NCBI GenBank assembly: GCA_041941795.1
Contig: CP145872.1
Coordinates: 180,001 to 212,000, forward strand
Source: Candidatus Saccharimonadota bacterium
GTDB taxonomy: Bacteria; Pseudomonadota; Gammaproteobacteria; Enterobacterales; Enterobacteriaceae
Length of the DNA stretch: 32,000 nt
Direction: 5' to 3'
Below the pieces are notes generated by a model. The model did not search any database and was not told the DNA's origin. It saw only the letters and a list, made by a program, of their open reading frames with translations. Numbering within the stretch: position 1 is the stretch's first letter; each line of letters begins with the position of its first letter. The translations under genes and the position numbers were made by a program. This document shows positions 18,541 to 31,509 of the stretch, piece by piece.

Positions 18541-20028
18541 TTATGGAATATTAATATATGACCAACTAGAAATATTGAGAACCGGTTGAGGATAAAAAAA
18601 TAATCCTAATAGGAGACACATAAGCAATCCCAGGATAAAGCATTCGCGAATTGACATCTTTTTTAATCTTAAATATAGATTGGGAGATCCAAAAAAAGTA
18701 CGCTGGATCATTATTAATGAATAAACTGTGGCAAAAATAATACCAAAACTAGCAATTATCGTAACTTTTGGAAATAGACGATAACTACCGAATAAAATTA
18801 AAAATTCTCCCAGAAAATTTCCAGTACCCGGTAATCCCATAGTAGCCAGAGCAAAAAATATTGTCAATGCAGGTAGATAATTGATATTATGCCATAAACC
18901 TTCTATTTGGGACATATTTCGGGTGTGCAAACGTTTATAAAGCAGGCCACATACAATGAATAATCCTGCTGCCGAAAGACTATGGGCAATCATTTGAATC
19001 ACGGCGCCTTGATATGCTAAAGAGTTATTAGTATAAATACCAATCACTAAAAATCCCATATGAGAGAGAGAGGTATAAGCTACCATACGTTTAATATCAT
19101 TTTGATTAAAAGCCATCCATGATCCATAAAAAATACTTATTATTCCTATCATCATAGCAATGGGTGCAAAGTTGATTGAGGCCCGCGGAAATAATAAAAA
19201 ACTGAACCGTAATAATCCATATCCCGCTGTCTTTATTAAAAGACCAATTAAGTCTATCGCTCCTGCAGTGGGAGCGAAGCTATGTGCATCTATCACGGCT
19301 CCATGTAAAGGTACGAGAGGTAATTTCACTGCAAAAGCAATAAAAAAACATAGCATCAATATATATTCCAATGTGTATGACATTTGCGGATGATGCAATA
19401 ACTGTAAATAACTAAAAGTCCATAATCCAGTAGCTGAATAATGTGCTAAACCAAGAGAAATAATGGCTATCAAGAGCAGAATTCCACTAGATTGGGTGTA
19501 AAGAAAAAATTTGAGAGCAGCCGTGATACGAGATGTTTCAGATAATTCTTTATGCCCCCATAAAGAAATCAGAAAGTACATAGGAATAATCATTATTTCC
19601 CAGAAGCAAAAAAATAGAAATAAATCTTGCGATAAAAAAACTCCGATGACTCCACATAAAATTAACATCATATTAAAATAAAACCAACCTGTAGAGTCTA
19701 GTTCTCTCCATGAACATAAGACTGACATAAGACCAAGTAAACCGGTTAGTAACACCATTAAAAGTGATAAACCATCAATAGATAGATGCACATTAATGCC
19801 AAATCGTGAAATCCAAACTCTAGAGTATTCATGCTGCCAGAATGATAATTCTTTACCATATTGCATGAATGCATAATCATTTTTCCACAATATTTCAAAT
19901 GATAAAATTAAAATTAAACAGCAAACTATTAAAGATATCCACCGTGGTCCTTGTGTTTTAATACGTGCTAATGGACAACATAAAACACCTCCTATAATAG
20001 GAAGAATTATTAACCAGGGCAAAAACAT
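18541..20028 (-). CDS. nuoM: NADH:quinone oxidoreductase subunit M
   Basis: This 495-aa membrane ORF sits between nuoL and nuoN. It has Mrp-antiporter-like motifs (FFCFWEIMIIPMYFLI, VAYTSLSHMGF). Confidence 0.9.
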   Translation of the reverse strand: MFLPWLIILPIIGGVLCCPLARIKTQGPRWISLIVCCLILILSFEILWKNDYAFMQYGKELSFWQHEYSRVWISRFGINVHLSIDGLSLLMVLLTGLLGLMSVLCSWRELDSTGWFYFNMMLILCGVIGVFLSQDLFLFFCFWEIMIIPMYFLISLWGHKELSETSRITAALKFFLYTQSSGILLLIAIISLGLAHYSATGLWTFSYLQLLHHPQMSYTLEYILMLCFFIAFAVKLPLVPLHGAVIDAHSFAPTAGAIDLIGLLIKTAGYGLLRFSFLLFPRASINFAPIAMMIGIISIFYGSWMAFNQNDIKRMVAYTSLSHMGFLVIGIYTNNSLAYQGAVIQMIAHSLSAAGLFIVCGLLYKRLHTRNMSQIEGLWHNINYLPALTIFFALATMGLPGTGNFLGEFLILFGSYRLFPKVTIIASFGIIFATVYSLIMIQRTFFGSPNLYLRLKKMSIRECFILGLLMCLLLGLFFYPQPVLNISSWSYINIP

Positions 20029-20130
20029 GAATGTGTTCTCTTTTGTAATTTTTCTAAATATTAGGAATAAATACTAACAAAAATTTTTTGTTGAGGATAT
20101 ATTTGATCCTCTTTACCCATCTGTTAACGT

Positions 20131-21987
20131 TTACATAAGTAATAATACGGTTACAATTAACATAAAACTTAAAATTATTTGGGTAATATATATTCGAAGC
20201 ATCCCATGATTCTCTATTTTAATCATTTTTCTGCCAACCATGTTAAAAAACATGTGAGGAAGCTTATTAATACTATTTTGGAGAGGATCGCGTATCAATA
20301 AGATAGCTATTTTTCTGTAAGGTAAGACCACAATGTGATTAAATAACCAGTCAAATCCCCATCCATTTAATCCAGCCGTAATAAAAAAACGTCCTAATGT
20401 ACTTTGCGACATATATCTTCTGAGGACAAAATGTCTTCTAGATAACCATAGAAAAATAGAAATTCCAATCCCTAAAAGTACTATACTGACAGTAAGTAAT
20501 TCTAATCCTAAAGAAGAAAGAAAAGTTTTACCCGACCTAATTTCCTGATTAAAGTTCATAAAAGGAGGAAGTGTCATTGTACCTATAAAAGTAGAAAGTA
20601 TTAGGAGAACTACTAAAGGTAAGTAAAAAGTTAAATCTCTGTCTAATATTCTAACTTTAATTTTTTGGGTACCATAAAAAATTAGAAAAATCATACGACA
20701 AGTATAAATGGATGTTATCAAACTACCTAATAAAGCTATTATCAAGAAGTTTATATTTCCGTGATCCAAAAGTGATAAAAAAATTTTTTCTTTACTAAAA
20801 AATCCCGATGTACATAATGGTAAAGATGCTAGTGATGCTCCTCCTACTAGAAAGCAAATATATAGAAAAGGTATCCTTGTACGTAATCCTCCCATTTTCA
20901 AGATATTTTGCTCATGATTACAAGCTAAAATTATTGCTCCGGCAGTCAGAAATAATAGTGCTTTAAAAAAAGCATGAGTCACAAGATGAAAAATAGCTGA
21001 CTCCCATGCTTGAGCCCCTAAAGCTAAAAACATATATCCTAATTGACTCATAGTAGAATAGGCTAATAATCGCTTAAGGTCCCTTTGTACTAAAGCTGTA
21101 CATCCCGCGAATAATAAAGTAAGTGCTCCTATAATTCCTACTAAATTTAGTATATCGGAATTCAGTACAAATAAAATTTTGGTTCTGACAATTAAATAAA
21201 TTCCAGCAGTTACCATGGTAGCTGCATGGATAAGAGCAGAGACTGGTGACGGACCAACCATAGCATCAGATAACCATGTATGGAGGGGTAATTGTGCAGA
21301 CTTGCCTATCGCACTACATAATAATAAAAAGGTAGCCCATTCTAATAATATTTTATTATCTACTGCCAGTTTTGGAGCATTTATAGCAATATCTTGAAAA
21401 TTCAAACTACTGCCCAAAAAACCGAGCATAAAAATAGCAAGTACTAAACAGATATCACCAATCCGAGTAATGAGAAATACCTTAAGAGCCGCTGCTCCAT
21501 TAGATCTATTAGTATAGTAAAACCCAATCAGAAGATAAGAACATAAACCTACTAACTCCCATCCTAAATACATGAACAGTAAGTTATCTGCTAACACTAA
21601 GATGCTCATGCTGGATATAAAAAGATTAGTATAAGAAAAAAAACGTGAAAATCCTTCTTGACCCCGCATATACCAACAAGAAAAGATATTAATAATCAAT
21701 CCAATTCCTAGAACTATGGTTAACATCGTTAATGAAAGTTCGTCTAACGACAGATTAAATTTTACGATAAAATCTTTAATACTTATCCACTTCCATAATG
21801 TGAAGTGATACTCTGCTGGTTTGTATTGAAAAAAATTAATTCCAATCCACATGGTCACTAAAAATGCACTTCCTATACAAATCGTACTGACCAGAGCACA
21901 AATTTTGTTATTCCATCGTCCTACAGAAAATGCTAATAATAAGAATCCTAAGAAGGGAAAAACAATAGGTATAATTAGAAGTGTCAT
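20131..21987 (-). CDS. nuoL: NADH:quinone oxidoreductase subunit L
   Basis: This 618-aa membrane ORF contains [48 protein letters not shown] and [13 protein letters not shown]. Its ATG overlaps the nuoK stop (ATGA). Confidence 0.92.
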   Translation of the reverse strand: MTLLIIPIVFPFLGFLLLAFSVGRWNNKICALVSTICIGSAFLVTMWIGINFFQYKPAEYHFTLWKWISIKDFIVKFNLSLDELSLTMLTIVLGIGLIINIFSCWYMRGQEGFSRFFSYTNLFISSMSILVLADNLLFMYLGWELVGLCSYLLIGFYYTNRSNGAAALKVFLITRIGDICLVLAIFMLGFLGSSLNFQDIAINAPKLAVDNKILLEWATFLLLCSAIGKSAQLPLHTWLSDAMVGPSPVSALIHAATMVTAGIYLIVRTKILFVLNSDILNLVGIIGALTLLFAGCTALVQRDLKRLLAYSTMSQLGYMFLALGAQAWESAIFHLVTHAFFKALLFLTAGAIILACNHEQNILKMGGLRTRIPFLYICFLVGGASLASLPLCTSGFFSKEKIFLSLLDHGNINFLIIALLGSLITSIYTCRMIFLIFYGTQKIKVRILDRDLTFYLPLVVLLILSTFIGTMTLPPFMNFNQEIRSGKTFLSSLGLELLTVSIVLLGIGISIFLWLSRRHFVLRRYMSQSTLGRFFITAGLNGWGFDWLFNHIVVLPYRKIAILLIRDPLQNSINKLPHMFFNMVGRKMIKIENHGMLRIYITQIILSFMLIVTVLLLM

Positions 21988-22286
21988 CCGTGTAACCTAC
22001 TAACTGAATCAATATTTATATTTTTATAATGCTGATAGAGCTGAAGTAACAGTGCTAATCCTATGCTTGATTCAGTAGCTGCCACACTAAGAATTAATAT
22101 ATACATAATTTGACTTTCTGCTTGATTCCAAAAAGTCCCCGTGACTATAAAAGCTAGTGCTGCTGCATTGAGCATAATTTCTACACTCATCAGCATAAAT
22201 AAAAGATTTCGACGAAAAATCACACCAGTAATGCCAAGAACAAATAGAATGACTGAGATGGTAAGTGCTATTTGAAAAGATATCAT
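21984..22286 (-). CDS. nuoK: NADH:quinone oxidoreductase subunit K
   Basis: This 100-aa ORF with three TM segments has the same length as E. coli NuoK. It contains the conserved membrane Glu pattern in MSVEIMLNA and [10 protein letters not shown]. It sits between nuoJ and nuoL. Confidence 0.9.
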   Translation of the reverse strand: MISFQIALTISVILFVLGITGVIFRRNLLFMLMSVEIMLNAAALAFIVTGTFWNQAESQIMYILILSVAATESSIGLALLLQLYQHYKNINIDSVSRLHG

Positions 22287-22335
22287 GATAGAATAATGGT
22301 TTGACCTTCTTAGATTAGCGAGAAAATATCACTGC

Positions 22336-22827
22336 TTAACGTACTTTACATCCAATTTTAAAGGCTACAATTAGACCAGCTAAAAGTAAGAGAGATATAC
22401 TTTCGATTAACACTACATAAGTGCTAAACAATAATTTTCCTACGGCTTGAACATTAATAATATAGGGTGGTAAAGGATAGTTAGGTATTTGTTGTATAAA
22501 AAACAATATTATCCACAGCCATAGAGCCGAAACTATTATTCCCAGAAATAATAATTTTTTAGTTATTTTGGGGCGTTCGATATCACATTGTTTATCTGAG
22601 TTCACTATCATGACTACAAAAACAAATATTACCATAATAGCTCCCGCATAGGCAATTATCTCCAAGGATCCAGCTAGATATGCCCCCAACGAGAACAACA
22701 TGCCTGCAATTGCTAATATTGTAATTAACATGCATAATAACGCATGCATCGGGTTCTTGTTTGTTATTAATAGTATCGTCATTAGTATGGATACTATTGC
22801 ACATATATAAAAAGATAGTACCATCAT
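22336..22827 (-). CDS. nuoJ: NADH:quinone oxidoreductase subunit J
   Basis: The 163-aa membrane ORF contains NPMHALLCM and GAYLAGSLEIIAYAGAIMVIFVFVVM, colinear with E. coli NuoJ. It lacks the hydrophilic C-terminal tail of about 20 aa found in E. coli. Confidence 0.88.
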   Translation of the reverse strand: MMVLSFYICAIVSILMTILLITNKNPMHALLCMLITILAIAGMLFSLGAYLAGSLEIIAYAGAIMVIFVFVVMIVNSDKQCDIERPKITKKLLFLGIIVSALWLWIILFFIQQIPNYPLPPYIINVQAVGKLLFSTYVVLIESISLLLLAGLIVAFKIGCKVR

Positions 22828-22848
22828 GATACATCCATCCGCTTAAAA

Positions 22849-23391
22849 TTAAGGTAATAAGCTTTTCACATCAATAGGGATAAATTCATGAGACGCTCTA
22901 CCTTTATTTTTACCCTGGATGGTTATCCCCGCAATATTATAAAAATTATAATCAGGATATTTTCCAGGTCCACTGATAAGCAAATCTTCCTTTTCGTATA
23001 CTAAATCTTGACGTTTAAAATCTCCCATTTCAAAATCGGGAGTTAATTGAATAGCAGTAGTAGGACATGCTTCTTCACATAAACCACAAAATATACAGCG
23101 AGAAAAATTAATCCGAAAAAATTTAGGAAACCACCGTCCATCATCTTTTTCGTCTTTTTGAAGTGAAATACAATCTACCGGACAAACTACCGCACATAGT
23201 CCACATGCTACACACCGCTCCTGTCCGTCGTTATCACGAGTGAGAATAATTCTTCCCCGGTACCGTGGAGGTAAAAATACTTTTTTTTCCGGATATTTTA
23301 TTGTTTCTCTTTTAGAAAAAGCATTTTTAAAAATTAGGTATAAACTACGTATTTGTGTTGCAAAACTTAATAAAATATATCTTAATAACAT
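22849..23391 (-). CDS. nuoI: NADH:quinone oxidoreductase subunit I (2x[4Fe-4S] ferredoxin-type)
   Basis: The 180-aa ORF has the same length as E. coli NuoI. It carries two CxxCxxCxxxCP motifs ([12 protein letters not shown] and [12 protein letters not shown]). Confidence 0.95.
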   Translation of the reverse strand: MLLRYILLSFATQIRSLYLIFKNAFSKRETIKYPEKKVFLPPRYRGRIILTRDNDGQERCVACGLCAVVCPVDCISLQKDEKDDGRWFPKFFRINFSRCIFCGLCEEACPTTAIQLTPDFEMGDFKRQDLVYEKEDLLISGPGKYPDYNFYNIAGITIQGKNKGRASHEFIPIDVKSLLP

Positions 23392-23407
23392 TTAAGTAAT
23401 TATCTCC

Positions 23408-24367
23408 TTAATGTGACTGATAAAGTATTAACATCCCAGTTATTAACAAATTAAATAAGCTGAGTGGAAAGCAAATTGTCCATCCAAAAGATATTAATTG
23501 ATCGTAACGTGGACGAGGTAAGGATGCTCGTATCAAAATAAATATTATAATAATAAGAGTAGTTTTTAGTAAAAACCAAATGAATGATGGTAAAAATGGT
23601 CCTAGCCATCCTCCCAAAAATAAAGTTACTATAAGTGATGAGATCGTAATCATGCCTAGATATTCACTGATAAAAAAGAGACCAAATTTTATTCCCGAAT
23701 ATTCCAAGTGATAGCCATCAGCTAATTCTTGTTCTGCTTGGGGTAGATCAAAAGGATGTCGATGACAAACAGCTATTCCGGATATAAAAAACATTATAAA
23801 TCCTACAAACTGTGGGATAATATTCCATAAATGTTTTTGATTGCGAACGATGTCCGAAAGATTGAATGAATTGGCTTTTGCAACTACCCCCATTAATGAT
23901 AATCCTAGAAATACTTCATAACTAATAGTCTGTGCCGCAGCTCGCAGAGCACCTAAAAGTGAATATTTATTGTTACTAGACCATCCGGCAAAAAATATCG
24001 CATATATAGATATATTTGCCATCATCAGAAAAAATAATATTCCAATGTTCATATCCGCGACTACCCAGTTACTACTCACAGGTACAATAGCAAAAGCTAT
24101 TAATAAAGTGCTAACGGAAATAATTGGGGCGATAATAAATAATAAATGATCGGAAAATGGAGGAATCCAATCCTCTTTAAAAAAAATTTTTATCATATCC
24201 GCACAAGGTTGTAGTAATCCTAACCATCCTACTCTGTTAGGACCATAGCGATTCTGGAATAAACCTAACAATCTTCGCTCACAAAAACTCATAAATATAC
24301 TACATAACAGAAGCACTACTAATATGACTAGAGCTTTAATAATATTAAAAGTTGTTATACTAGTCAT
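23408..24367 (-). CDS. nuoH: NADH:quinone oxidoreductase subunit H
   Basis: The 319-aa polytopic ORF contains [64 protein letters not shown] and RPRYDQL, typical of NuoH/ND1. Confidence 0.94.
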   Translation of the reverse strand: MTSITTFNIIKALVILVVLLLCSIFMSFCERRLLGLFQNRYGPNRVGWLGLLQPCADMIKIFFKEDWIPPFSDHLLFIIAPIISVSTLLIAFAIVPVSSNWVVADMNIGILFFLMMANISIYAIFFAGWSSNNKYSLLGALRAAAQTISYEVFLGLSLMGVVAKANSFNLSDIVRNQKHLWNIIPQFVGFIMFFISGIAVCHRHPFDLPQAEQELADGYHLEYSGIKFGLFFISEYLGMITISSLIVTLFLGGWLGPFLPSFIWFLLKTTLIIIIFILIRASLPRPRYDQLISFGWTICFPLSLFNLLITGMLILYQSH

Positions 24368-24373
24368 TAGTAG

Positions 24374-27076
24374 TCAATTATGGTTAATATTAGTAATATA
24401 ATCTATTTTTTCTCCATTAAAACATAATGGAAGTCCAGGAAAACCTAATGGTAATCCTATCAGCCCTGAAGATAAATTATTAGATACATTAACTGGTAAG
24501 CGCACTACCATATTCATAATACTTAATTCAACTATATTTTTTACCCTCAAACCTAATTGATTAGCATCTATGATATTAAACATAATATAGGTTGACGGCA
24601 TACATTTTTGAATGACGGGCGTACGTTGAGACATTTCTTCACTACCAAATAAATGGTAGTATGGTACTATTCGTAATATTTTTGTTTCATTATTAGAGGA
24701 TCCCAATGAACTATCAAAAAAACTAAAATTGTTATCTTTCTTGGTCTGTATCAGTCGTTGTCCTGGATCACCATGACGTAATGTGTCGCCAATTTTATTC
24801 TGAAATTTATTCCATGCCTGTGGTGAATTCCATCCTGGATACCAAGCAAAAGATATATGTTGTCTTTCAACAAAGGGATTATTTGTTCCTTCTAGAGAAA
24901 ATGTTAACATAGAATCCTGATCTTCAGGTATGGCTTTCTCATGAACGTTAATATTAGCTAGAATTGCTGCTCCACCACTATATTGTGGTGATTTACGTAC
25001 TATTTTCTGACCATGAATCCGAACTTTTATATCTGGGCAAACATCTTTAATACCTTTTAATTTTGGACAGACCTTTATACATGCCTGAATCACGTGATCA
25101 ATATTCAACCATTTGATATTACTCTTAGTTAATTTACATTTTAATAAATGTAACCATCGCCAACTTTCTTTAATTTGAAAACTAGAATTATAATATGCAG
25201 GATCATAAACCTTAAAAAATCTTTGAGCTCTTCCTTCATAATTTACTACTGTTCCAGTACTCTCAGCAAAGCTAGCAGCGGAAAAAATTATATTAGCTTT
25301 AGCACTAGTTTTCGTATTCTGATGATCTATAACAATAACATTTGATATGTTAGTCAGTACTTCATCCATGATATTATGAGAAAAAATTCGATATAAATCA
25401 TTTTCCATAATTAACACAGTATCTGCTTCTCCATTTTGGCATTGTTCTATCGCAGTTTCTAATGGTTTAATATTACTAGAAAGTAAACCTAATCCTATAC
25501 TATTTACTTCGGCGGGTAATAAAATTAATCCTACTTCAGATTCTGAAGTATTGTTGAGCGCAGTCGCTATGTTAGCGGCCGCTTTTATAATTTCGACACT
25601 TCCAGCATTACTACCCGAAATAATTAAAGATTTTTTAGCTTGTTGTAAGGTCTTAGCAATCAAGTTAACTTGATCGCTAAGAGTAATTGGTAAGGAAACT
25701 TTTTGAGAGTTAGGGTCTAATAGATGAGCAATAGCATATCCTATTCTAGCTTGTTCTTCAGGTGAAGCATAATATTTCCAAAGCGCAATATCATCCAACC
25801 GTGTAGAGTCAATATTAGTTAGAAATAAACCAGCTAAAATTTTTTCATTTTGATCAAAATTGTCTTCTTGCTGAGACTTATTTTTTACTGCTTGCCGTAC
25901 CGACAGAGCAAGTCTAGGACTAGTTTGGGTAAGATCTTCACCCAATACTAATATAACATCATAATTTTCTATTTCTCGTAATGTAGGTGAATAAATACCA
26001 CTTTTGCTTAATATTTTTAAGATTAGTGATAATCTTGTTTGTTCTGAACCTGTCATACCTAGATAAAAATTTTCTTCTCCCACTAATTCACGAAGAGCAA
26101 AATTACTTTCAAGACTAGCACGCGCCGATCCAATTCCAATAATTTTTTTAGCATTTCTTAAGATAGTGGTAGTTTGGTTCACTATCTCTAAAGTATTGAA
26201 CTCTAATGTGTGGTCCGGACGAAGTGCACGAGGCCATCTAGGTCGATCTAACAAATTGACATAACCATAACTGAACCGTCCACGATCACATAAAAAATAG
26301 TTGTTAATGGCGCCATGATAACGATTATCAATTTTTACTATATTGCCATAACGTTCTCCCGGACTAGTATTACATCCAACACTACAATGCGCACAAATAC
26401 TAGGAGCAAATTGCAGATCCCATTTTCGAGTGTATTGTTTTGAGGCAGTTTTATCAGTGAAAACCCCGGTAGGACAAATTTCAATTAAATTTCCCGAAAA
26501 TTCGTTTTCTAAGATTCCATCTTTTACTCTGCCAAAATAAATATTATTATGGATTCCATATACTCCTAAATCATTACCCTGAGCATAATCCTTATAAAAT
26601 CTTATACAACGGTAACATACAATACAACGATTCATTTCATGAGATATAAAGGGTCCGAGATATTGATTGTAATGAGTACGTTTATTAAATCTATAACGTC
26701 GTTTATAATGTCCTGTCATTACTAACATGTCTTGCAAATGACAATTCCCTCCTTCTTCGCATACTGGGCAATCATGAGGATGATTTATCATTAACAATTC
26801 CAGAATATTTCGTCGAAATTCTTTGACTTCTGGATCTTCAATAGAAATGCAAATATTATCGATGGCTCTTGTCATACAAGCCATAATTATACTACCGTGA
26901 TAATCTTGATCGTTATGATATTTTTTAACTGCACACAAACGACAAGATCCTACACTCCCTAAAGCCGGATGCCAACAAAAATAAGGAAGATCTAGTTTGA
27001 GTGATAAACACGTATGCAATAAATTTTTCGATCCATCTACTACATATTTAGTGCCGTCTACATGGATAACAGTCAT
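24374..27076 (-). CDS. nuoG: NADH:quinone oxidoreductase subunit G
   Basis: The 900-aa ORF has an N-terminal 2Fe-2S ferredoxin fold (CWHPALGSVGSCRLCAV), HPHDCPVCEEGGNCHLQD and CIVCYRCIRF cluster motifs, and a molybdopterin-oxidoreductase-like C-terminal domain. It is colinear with E. coli NuoG (908 aa). Confidence 0.94.
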   Translation of the reverse strand: MTVIHVDGTKYVVDGSKNLLHTCLSLKLDLPYFCWHPALGSVGSCRLCAVKKYHNDQDYHGSIIMACMTRAIDNICISIEDPEVKEFRRNILELLMINHPHDCPVCEEGGNCHLQDMLVMTGHYKRRYRFNKRTHYNQYLGPFISHEMNRCIVCYRCIRFYKDYAQGNDLGVYGIHNNIYFGRVKDGILENEFSGNLIEICPTGVFTDKTASKQYTRKWDLQFAPSICAHCSVGCNTSPGERYGNIVKIDNRYHGAINNYFLCDRGRFSYGYVNLLDRPRWPRALRPDHTLEFNTLEIVNQTTTILRNAKKIIGIGSARASLESNFALRELVGEENFYLGMTGSEQTRLSLILKILSKSGIYSPTLREIENYDVILVLGEDLTQTSPRLALSVRQAVKNKSQQEDNFDQNEKILAGLFLTNIDSTRLDDIALWKYYASPEEQARIGYAIAHLLDPNSQKVSLPITLSDQVNLIAKTLQQAKKSLIISGSNAGSVEIIKAAANIATALNNTSESEVGLILLPAEVNSIGLGLLSSNIKPLETAIEQCQNGEADTVLIMENDLYRIFSHNIMDEVLTNISNVIVIDHQNTKTSAKANIIFSAASFAESTGTVVNYEGRAQRFFKVYDPAYYNSSFQIKESWRWLHLLKCKLTKSNIKWLNIDHVIQACIKVCPKLKGIKDVCPDIKVRIHGQKIVRKSPQYSGGAAILANINVHEKAIPEDQDSMLTFSLEGTNNPFVERQHISFAWYPGWNSPQAWNKFQNKIGDTLRHGDPGQRLIQTKKDNNFSFFDSSLGSSNNETKILRIVPYYHLFGSEEMSQRTPVIQKCMPSTYIMFNIIDANQLGLRVKNIVELSIMNMVVRLPVNVSNNLSSGLIGLPLGFPGLPLCFNGEKIDYITNINHN

Positions 27077-27166
27077 ATTACAAGTATTCTCTTTTCCTCA
27101 TCCTCTAATTATGAAATTCTATTTTTATTGATATGAGGTTCTATCCTATGAATAACACTAATATTT

Positions 27167-28468
27167 TTAATTTGTGCGGCATGATGCTATTCCGTTTTCA
27201 AATTCCTTTTTGAAATATTTTAAAGCACTTTTCAATGGTTCTATTGCTCCGGGAGCAAGATAACAAAAACATTTGCCAGCTCCTAAAAGATTACAAATGT
27301 TTTCAAGCATTTTCAGGTCTTCTTCTTGACCCTCTCTTTTTTTAAGGGTTCGCAATATCTCTACACTCCATGGTAATCCCTCTCGGCATGGAGTACACCA
27401 ACCACAAGATTCTCTAGAAAAAAATTTCTCCAAATTGTATAAAAGTTCTACCATATTAATTTTATCATCCACTGCTAATGCGATTCCTGTACCTAACCGA
27501 CTGCCAACTTTACTTAAAGTAGTAAAATCTAGAGGTACATCTAAGTGATGAGGAGTAAGAAAAGCAGTACTTGATCCTCCGGGTTGCCATGCTTTTAATT
27601 TAAATCCTTTCATCATGTCTCCTGCATAATCTTCCAGAACTTCGCGAGCGTAAATACCTAAAGGTAATTCCCAGATTCCAGGATTTTGAACTCTACCTGA
27701 AAAACCCAGTAGTTTGGTTCCCATATCATAACTGTGGTTGATCGCAAGACCTTTATACCATGACACTCCATTTTCCAGAATACAGGGGATATTACATAGC
27801 GTTTCCACATTATTAATACATGTAGGTTTTTTCCAGAGACCTGACGTAGCAGGAAAAGGTGGTTTAGAACGAGGATTAGCACGTTTTCCTTCAATTGCAT
27901 TCATTAATGCTGTTTCTTCTCCACAAATGTATCTTCCAGCCCCTGTATGTAAAATTATTTGTAAATTGAATCCCGAACCCATAATATTTTTTCCAAGAAA
28001 GCCCGCTTCGCGGGCTTCGTAGATAGCACGTCGTATATTACCAGCGGCAATAATATATTCACCGCGAAGAAAAATATAACCTATAGTCGCTTTTAATGCA
28101 TAAGCGCTTATTATCATTCCCTCTATTAGCAGGTGAGGTAAATTTTCTAACAAAATCCGGTCTTTGTAGGTGCCCGGTTCCATCTCATCTGCATTACATA
28201 TTAAATAACGTATCTTAATGGAATCTTCTGTATCGGGAATTAAACTCCACTTGATACCCGTAGGAAAACCCGATCCTCCACGTCCCTTAAGACCGGATTT
28301 TTTCACTATATTTATCACCTCAGCGGAACTAATTTTGACTAATGTTTGTTTTGCCGCCGTGTAACCATTTTTTCTACAATATTCCTGTATCCATACTGGT
28401 TGTTTATCCTCGCGCATTCTCCAAGTTAGAGGATGTGTTTCTGGTAACGGATAAAAATGATTTTTCAT
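27167..28468 (-). CDS. nuoF: NADH:quinone oxidoreductase subunit F (NADH- and FMN-binding)
   Basis: The 433-aa ORF contains [40 protein letters not shown] and the N3 cluster motif [11 protein letters not shown]. Its ATG overlaps the nuoE stop (ATGA). Confidence 0.95.
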   Translation of the reverse strand: MKNHFYPLPETHPLTWRMREDKQPVWIQEYCRKNGYTAAKQTLVKISSAEVINIVKKSGLKGRGGSGFPTGIKWSLIPDTEDSIKIRYLICNADEMEPGTYKDRILLENLPHLLIEGMIISAYALKATIGYIFLRGEYIIAAGNIRRAIYEAREAGFLGKNIMGSGFNLQIILHTGAGRYICGEETALMNAIEGKRANPRSKPPFPATSGLWKKPTCINNVETLCNIPCILENGVSWYKGLAINHSYDMGTKLLGFSGRVQNPGIWELPLGIYAREVLEDYAGDMMKGFKLKAWQPGGSSTAFLTPHHLDVPLDFTTLSKVGSRLGTGIALAVDDKINMVELLYNLEKFFSRESCGWCTPCREGLPWSVEILRTLKKREGQEEDLKMLENICNLLGAGKCFCYLAPGAIEPLKSALKYFKKEFENGIASCRTN

Positions 28469-28950
28469 GGATAATGTTCCAATATAATATCTAGAACATC
28501 AGTTGACACAGGCCCGTAAGTATCATTATTGATCATCATCGTGGGACTTCTATCACAATTACCAAGACAACATATTGGTAACAACGTAAAACGTCCATTT
28601 GCGGTTGTTTGTCCTTTTGTGATCTGGAGATATTCTTCAATATACGACACTATTTTTTTATAACCATTAATATAACATATACTACTATCACAATATCGAA
28701 TAACATGACGTCCTACAGGACGTCTAAAAATTTGACTATAAAAAGTAGCTACTTCTTCTACTTCAGTGGGTGAGATGCCTATTATTTCCGCTATCTCCTC
28801 GAGAGATTCATCTGACACCCACCCTCGATATCTTTGTACTATTTTGAGAGCTTCAATTATAAATGCTCTCGGGTGAGTTTGATAATTTTGTTTTTCTTTT
28901 TCAATCTGTTGGCGTTCGGTATCAAAAGCATTCTTCTTGTTATAAGACAT
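28465..28950 (-). CDS. nuoE: NADH:quinone oxidoreductase subunit E (2Fe-2S)
   Basis: [44 protein letters not shown] and [10 protein letters not shown] match E. coli NuoE. The ATG at 28950 lies 1 nt after the nuoCD stop and gives 161 aa (E. coli 166). The ORF-track start at 28983 would overlap nuoCD by 32 nt and adds unaligned residues. Confidence 0.9.
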   Translation of the reverse strand: MSYNKKNAFDTERQQIEKEKQNYQTHPRAFIIEALKIVQRYRGWVSDESLEEIAEIIGISPTEVEEVATFYSQIFRRPVGRHVIRYCDSSICYINGYKKIVSYIEEYLQITKGQTTANGRFTLLPICCLGNCDRSPTMMINNDTYGPVSTDVLDIILEHYP

Positions 28951-28951
28951 A

Positions 28952-30754
28952 TTATCGATCCACATCGGACATAACAAAATCAATGCTACCTAAATAAACC
29001 ACTAAATCCGATATTAAACTGCCCCTAATTACCGAAGGTATTTGTTGTAAATGTGCAAAACTAGGAGTTCTAATTCTAGTACGATAACTCATGCTAGTAC
29101 CATCACTAGTTAAATAATAACTATTAATACCTTTGGTTGCTTCCACCATCTGAAAAGATTCATTCACAGGCATTATAGGACCCCAGGAAACTTGCAAAAA
29201 ATGAGTTATAAGAGTTTCGATATGCTGTAATGTAAATTCTTTTGGCGGAGGAGTAGTTAAAGGATGATCAGCCTTAAATGGTCCTAAGGGCATGTGATTA
29301 AGACATTGTTGAATAATTTTTAAACTTTGACGTAATTCTTCTACTTTAAGCAGAACTCGGCTATAGCTATCACTTATTCCATCTCCTATAGGAACTTCAA
29401 AATCAAAAAACTCATACCCTGAATAGGGGCGCCACTTTCTCACATCAAAAGCTACCCCAGTAGCACGTAATCCTGCTCCGGTTATTCCCCAGTCAAGAGC
29501 TTCTTTTTTACGGTAAGAAGCAATACCTTTAGCACGACTAATTAAAATAGAATTCTGTAATGCTGCTTTGATATATAGATCCAACCTTTTGGGCATCCAA
29601 TCTAAAAAATTCTGTACCAAATATTGCCAACCTTGCGGTAAATCATGAGCTACTCCTCCGATCCGGAACCAAGCCGGATGCATACGACACCCTGTAATAG
29701 CTTCTACTACATCGTAAACTTTCTGACGATCAGTAAAAGCTAAAAACACTGGGGTCATAGCACCTATGTCTTGAATAAAAGTAGAAATATACAATAAATG
29801 ACTATTAATTCTGAATAATTCTGAAAGCAAAATACGAATGACTTTCACTCTATCCGGTACTTTGATTCCTGCCATTTTTTCTAACGCTAAAATATAAGGC
29901 ATTTCATTAACACAACCTCCCAGATATTCGATACGATCCGTATAAGGAATAAAGTTATGCCAGGTATGTAGTTCAGCTATTTTTTCTGCACCCCGATGGT
30001 GGTAACCAATATCAGGAACACAGTCAATAATTTGTTCTCCATCAAGTTGTAGGATTATCCTAAAAGCTCCATGGGCAGAAGGATGATTAGGTCCAAAATT
30101 AAGAAACATAAAATCTCTCTCTTCATTTCCACGTGACATTCCCCAATTTTCTGGAATAAATTTCAATGCTTCCATTTCTATCTCTTCTTTTATTTTAGTT
30201 AGATGATAGGGCTGAAATTCGGTAGCTCGAGCCGGATAATCTTTTCTTAAGGGAAAACCACTCCATTGGGATGGCAACAGGATTCTCGTTAGATGAGGAT
30301 GACCTAGGAAAGTAATACCAAACATATCCCAAATTTCCCGTTCATACCAATTTGCATTAACAAATAAATTAGTCAATGATGATATCTGGAGATTATGCAT
30401 CAATAATGCCACTTTTATCATGATATCGGCATTTCTTTCAATGGAAATAAAATGATAAAACACAGTAAAATCAGCTGGAGGTAACTCATTTCGGTGAGTT
30501 CTAACACGCTCATCTATTGCATGAAGATCATAGAGCATGAGATAAGGATCTCGAACAATATTACGTAAAAAATTCACTATTTCTATAAGTTTATGACGAT
30601 CAATCCAAATAACTGGAAAATCCATGCAAGTAGTCTGTAATTTGAGACATTCTCTACCAAAATTATTAGAGAGTTCACTAATTATTTGATACTTATAATT
30701 ATTGACGCCCTCCATGGGTAAGAAATGTTTATAGTTATTATTATATTTATTCAC
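28952..30754 (-). CDS. nuoC: NADH:quinone oxidoreductase fused subunit C/D
   Basis: The 600-aa ORF is colinear with the E. coli fused NuoCD. Matches include [60 protein letters not shown] and the C-terminal [12 protein letters not shown]. The start is either GTG at 30754 (length like E. coli) or ATG at 30715. Confidence 0.93.
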   Translation of the reverse strand: MNKYNNNYKHFLPMEGVNNYKYQIISELSNNFGRECLKLQTTCMDFPVIWIDRHKLIEIVNFLRNIVRDPYLMLYDLHAIDERVRTHRNELPPADFTVFYHFISIERNADIMIKVALLMHNLQISSLTNLFVNANWYEREIWDMFGITFLGHPHLTRILLPSQWSGFPLRKDYPARATEFQPYHLTKIKEEIEMEALKFIPENWGMSRGNEERDFMFLNFGPNHPSAHGAFRIILQLDGEQIIDCVPDIGYHHRGAEKIAELHTWHNFIPYTDRIEYLGGCVNEMPYILALEKMAGIKVPDRVKVIRILLSELFRINSHLLYISTFIQDIGAMTPVFLAFTDRQKVYDVVEAITGCRMHPAWFRIGGVAHDLPQGWQYLVQNFLDWMPKRLDLYIKAALQNSILISRAKGIASYRKKEALDWGITGAGLRATGVAFDVRKWRPYSGYEFFDFEVPIGDGISDSYSRVLLKVEELRQSLKIIQQCLNHMPLGPFKADHPLTTPPPKEFTLQHIETLITHFLQVSWGPIMPVNESFQMVEATKGINSYYLTSDGTSMSYRTRIRTPSFAHLQQIPSVIRGSLISDLVVYLGSIDFVMSDVDR

Positions 30755-30790
30755 AAGAATATTATATAGCAGCTATTTTTCTTATATTAT

Positions 30791-31468
30791 TTATGAAATT
30801 TTATCAGGACTAGGTAAAGTAGTCACTGACATGCGTTCCGTTCTTTTTATATTACGTTCGGAGATAAAACTGGGACGTCGATAAAAATATTGACCTTCGG
30901 GATCTATCATCCACGAGAGAGGACGCGATTCCTTAGTGATTACCTTTTGCAACAGTAAAAGAGCTTGGATATAAGCTTCCGGTCGCGGGGGACAACCCGG
31001 AATGTAGATATCTACTGGTAAAAACTTATCTACTCCTTGCACTACCGAATATATATCGTACATTCCACCCGAATTAGCACAAGATCCCATTGATATAACC
31101 CATTTAGGAGCTAACATTTGATCATAAAGACGTTTGATGATAGGAGCCATTTTGATAAATGGAGTTCCTGCTACTACCATAAAATCCGCTTGTCGGGGAG
31201 ATGCCCTCAAAACTTCAGATCCAAATCTCGCAATATCATGTACAGCAGTAAATGCCGTTACCATTTCCACGTAACAACATGAAAGACCAAAGTTATACGG
31301 CCATAAGGAATTTTTTCGACCCCAATTTACTAATTTATGAAGAACTTGTTCTAATTTTCCCATATATACATTCTGCTGAACTACTTCTTCTAAATTATCT
31401 CTCTCTTGATCAGAATAATTTTTCGATAAATTGGCTTTTGATTGTATTTTAGTAATTGTATAGTTCAT
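30791..31468 (-). CDS. nuoB: NADH:quinone oxidoreductase subunit B
   Basis: The 225-aa ORF contains [41 protein letters not shown] and [11 protein letters not shown] (N2 cluster ligands), nearly identical to E. coli NuoB. Confidence 0.95.
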   Translation of the reverse strand: MNYTITKIQSKANLSKNYSDQERDNLEEVVQQNVYMGKLEQVLHKLVNWGRKNSLWPYNFGLSCCYVEMVTAFTAVHDIARFGSEVLRASPRQADFMVVAGTPFIKMAPIIKRLYDQMLAPKWVISMGSCANSGGMYDIYSVVQGVDKFLPVDIYIPGCPPRPEAYIQALLLLQKVITKESRPLSWMIDPEGQYFYRRPSFISERNIKRTERMSVTTLPSPDKIS

Positions 31469-31509
31469 CTTAGTGCCTGGAGACTTAATATGATTCGACG
31501 AAATTATAA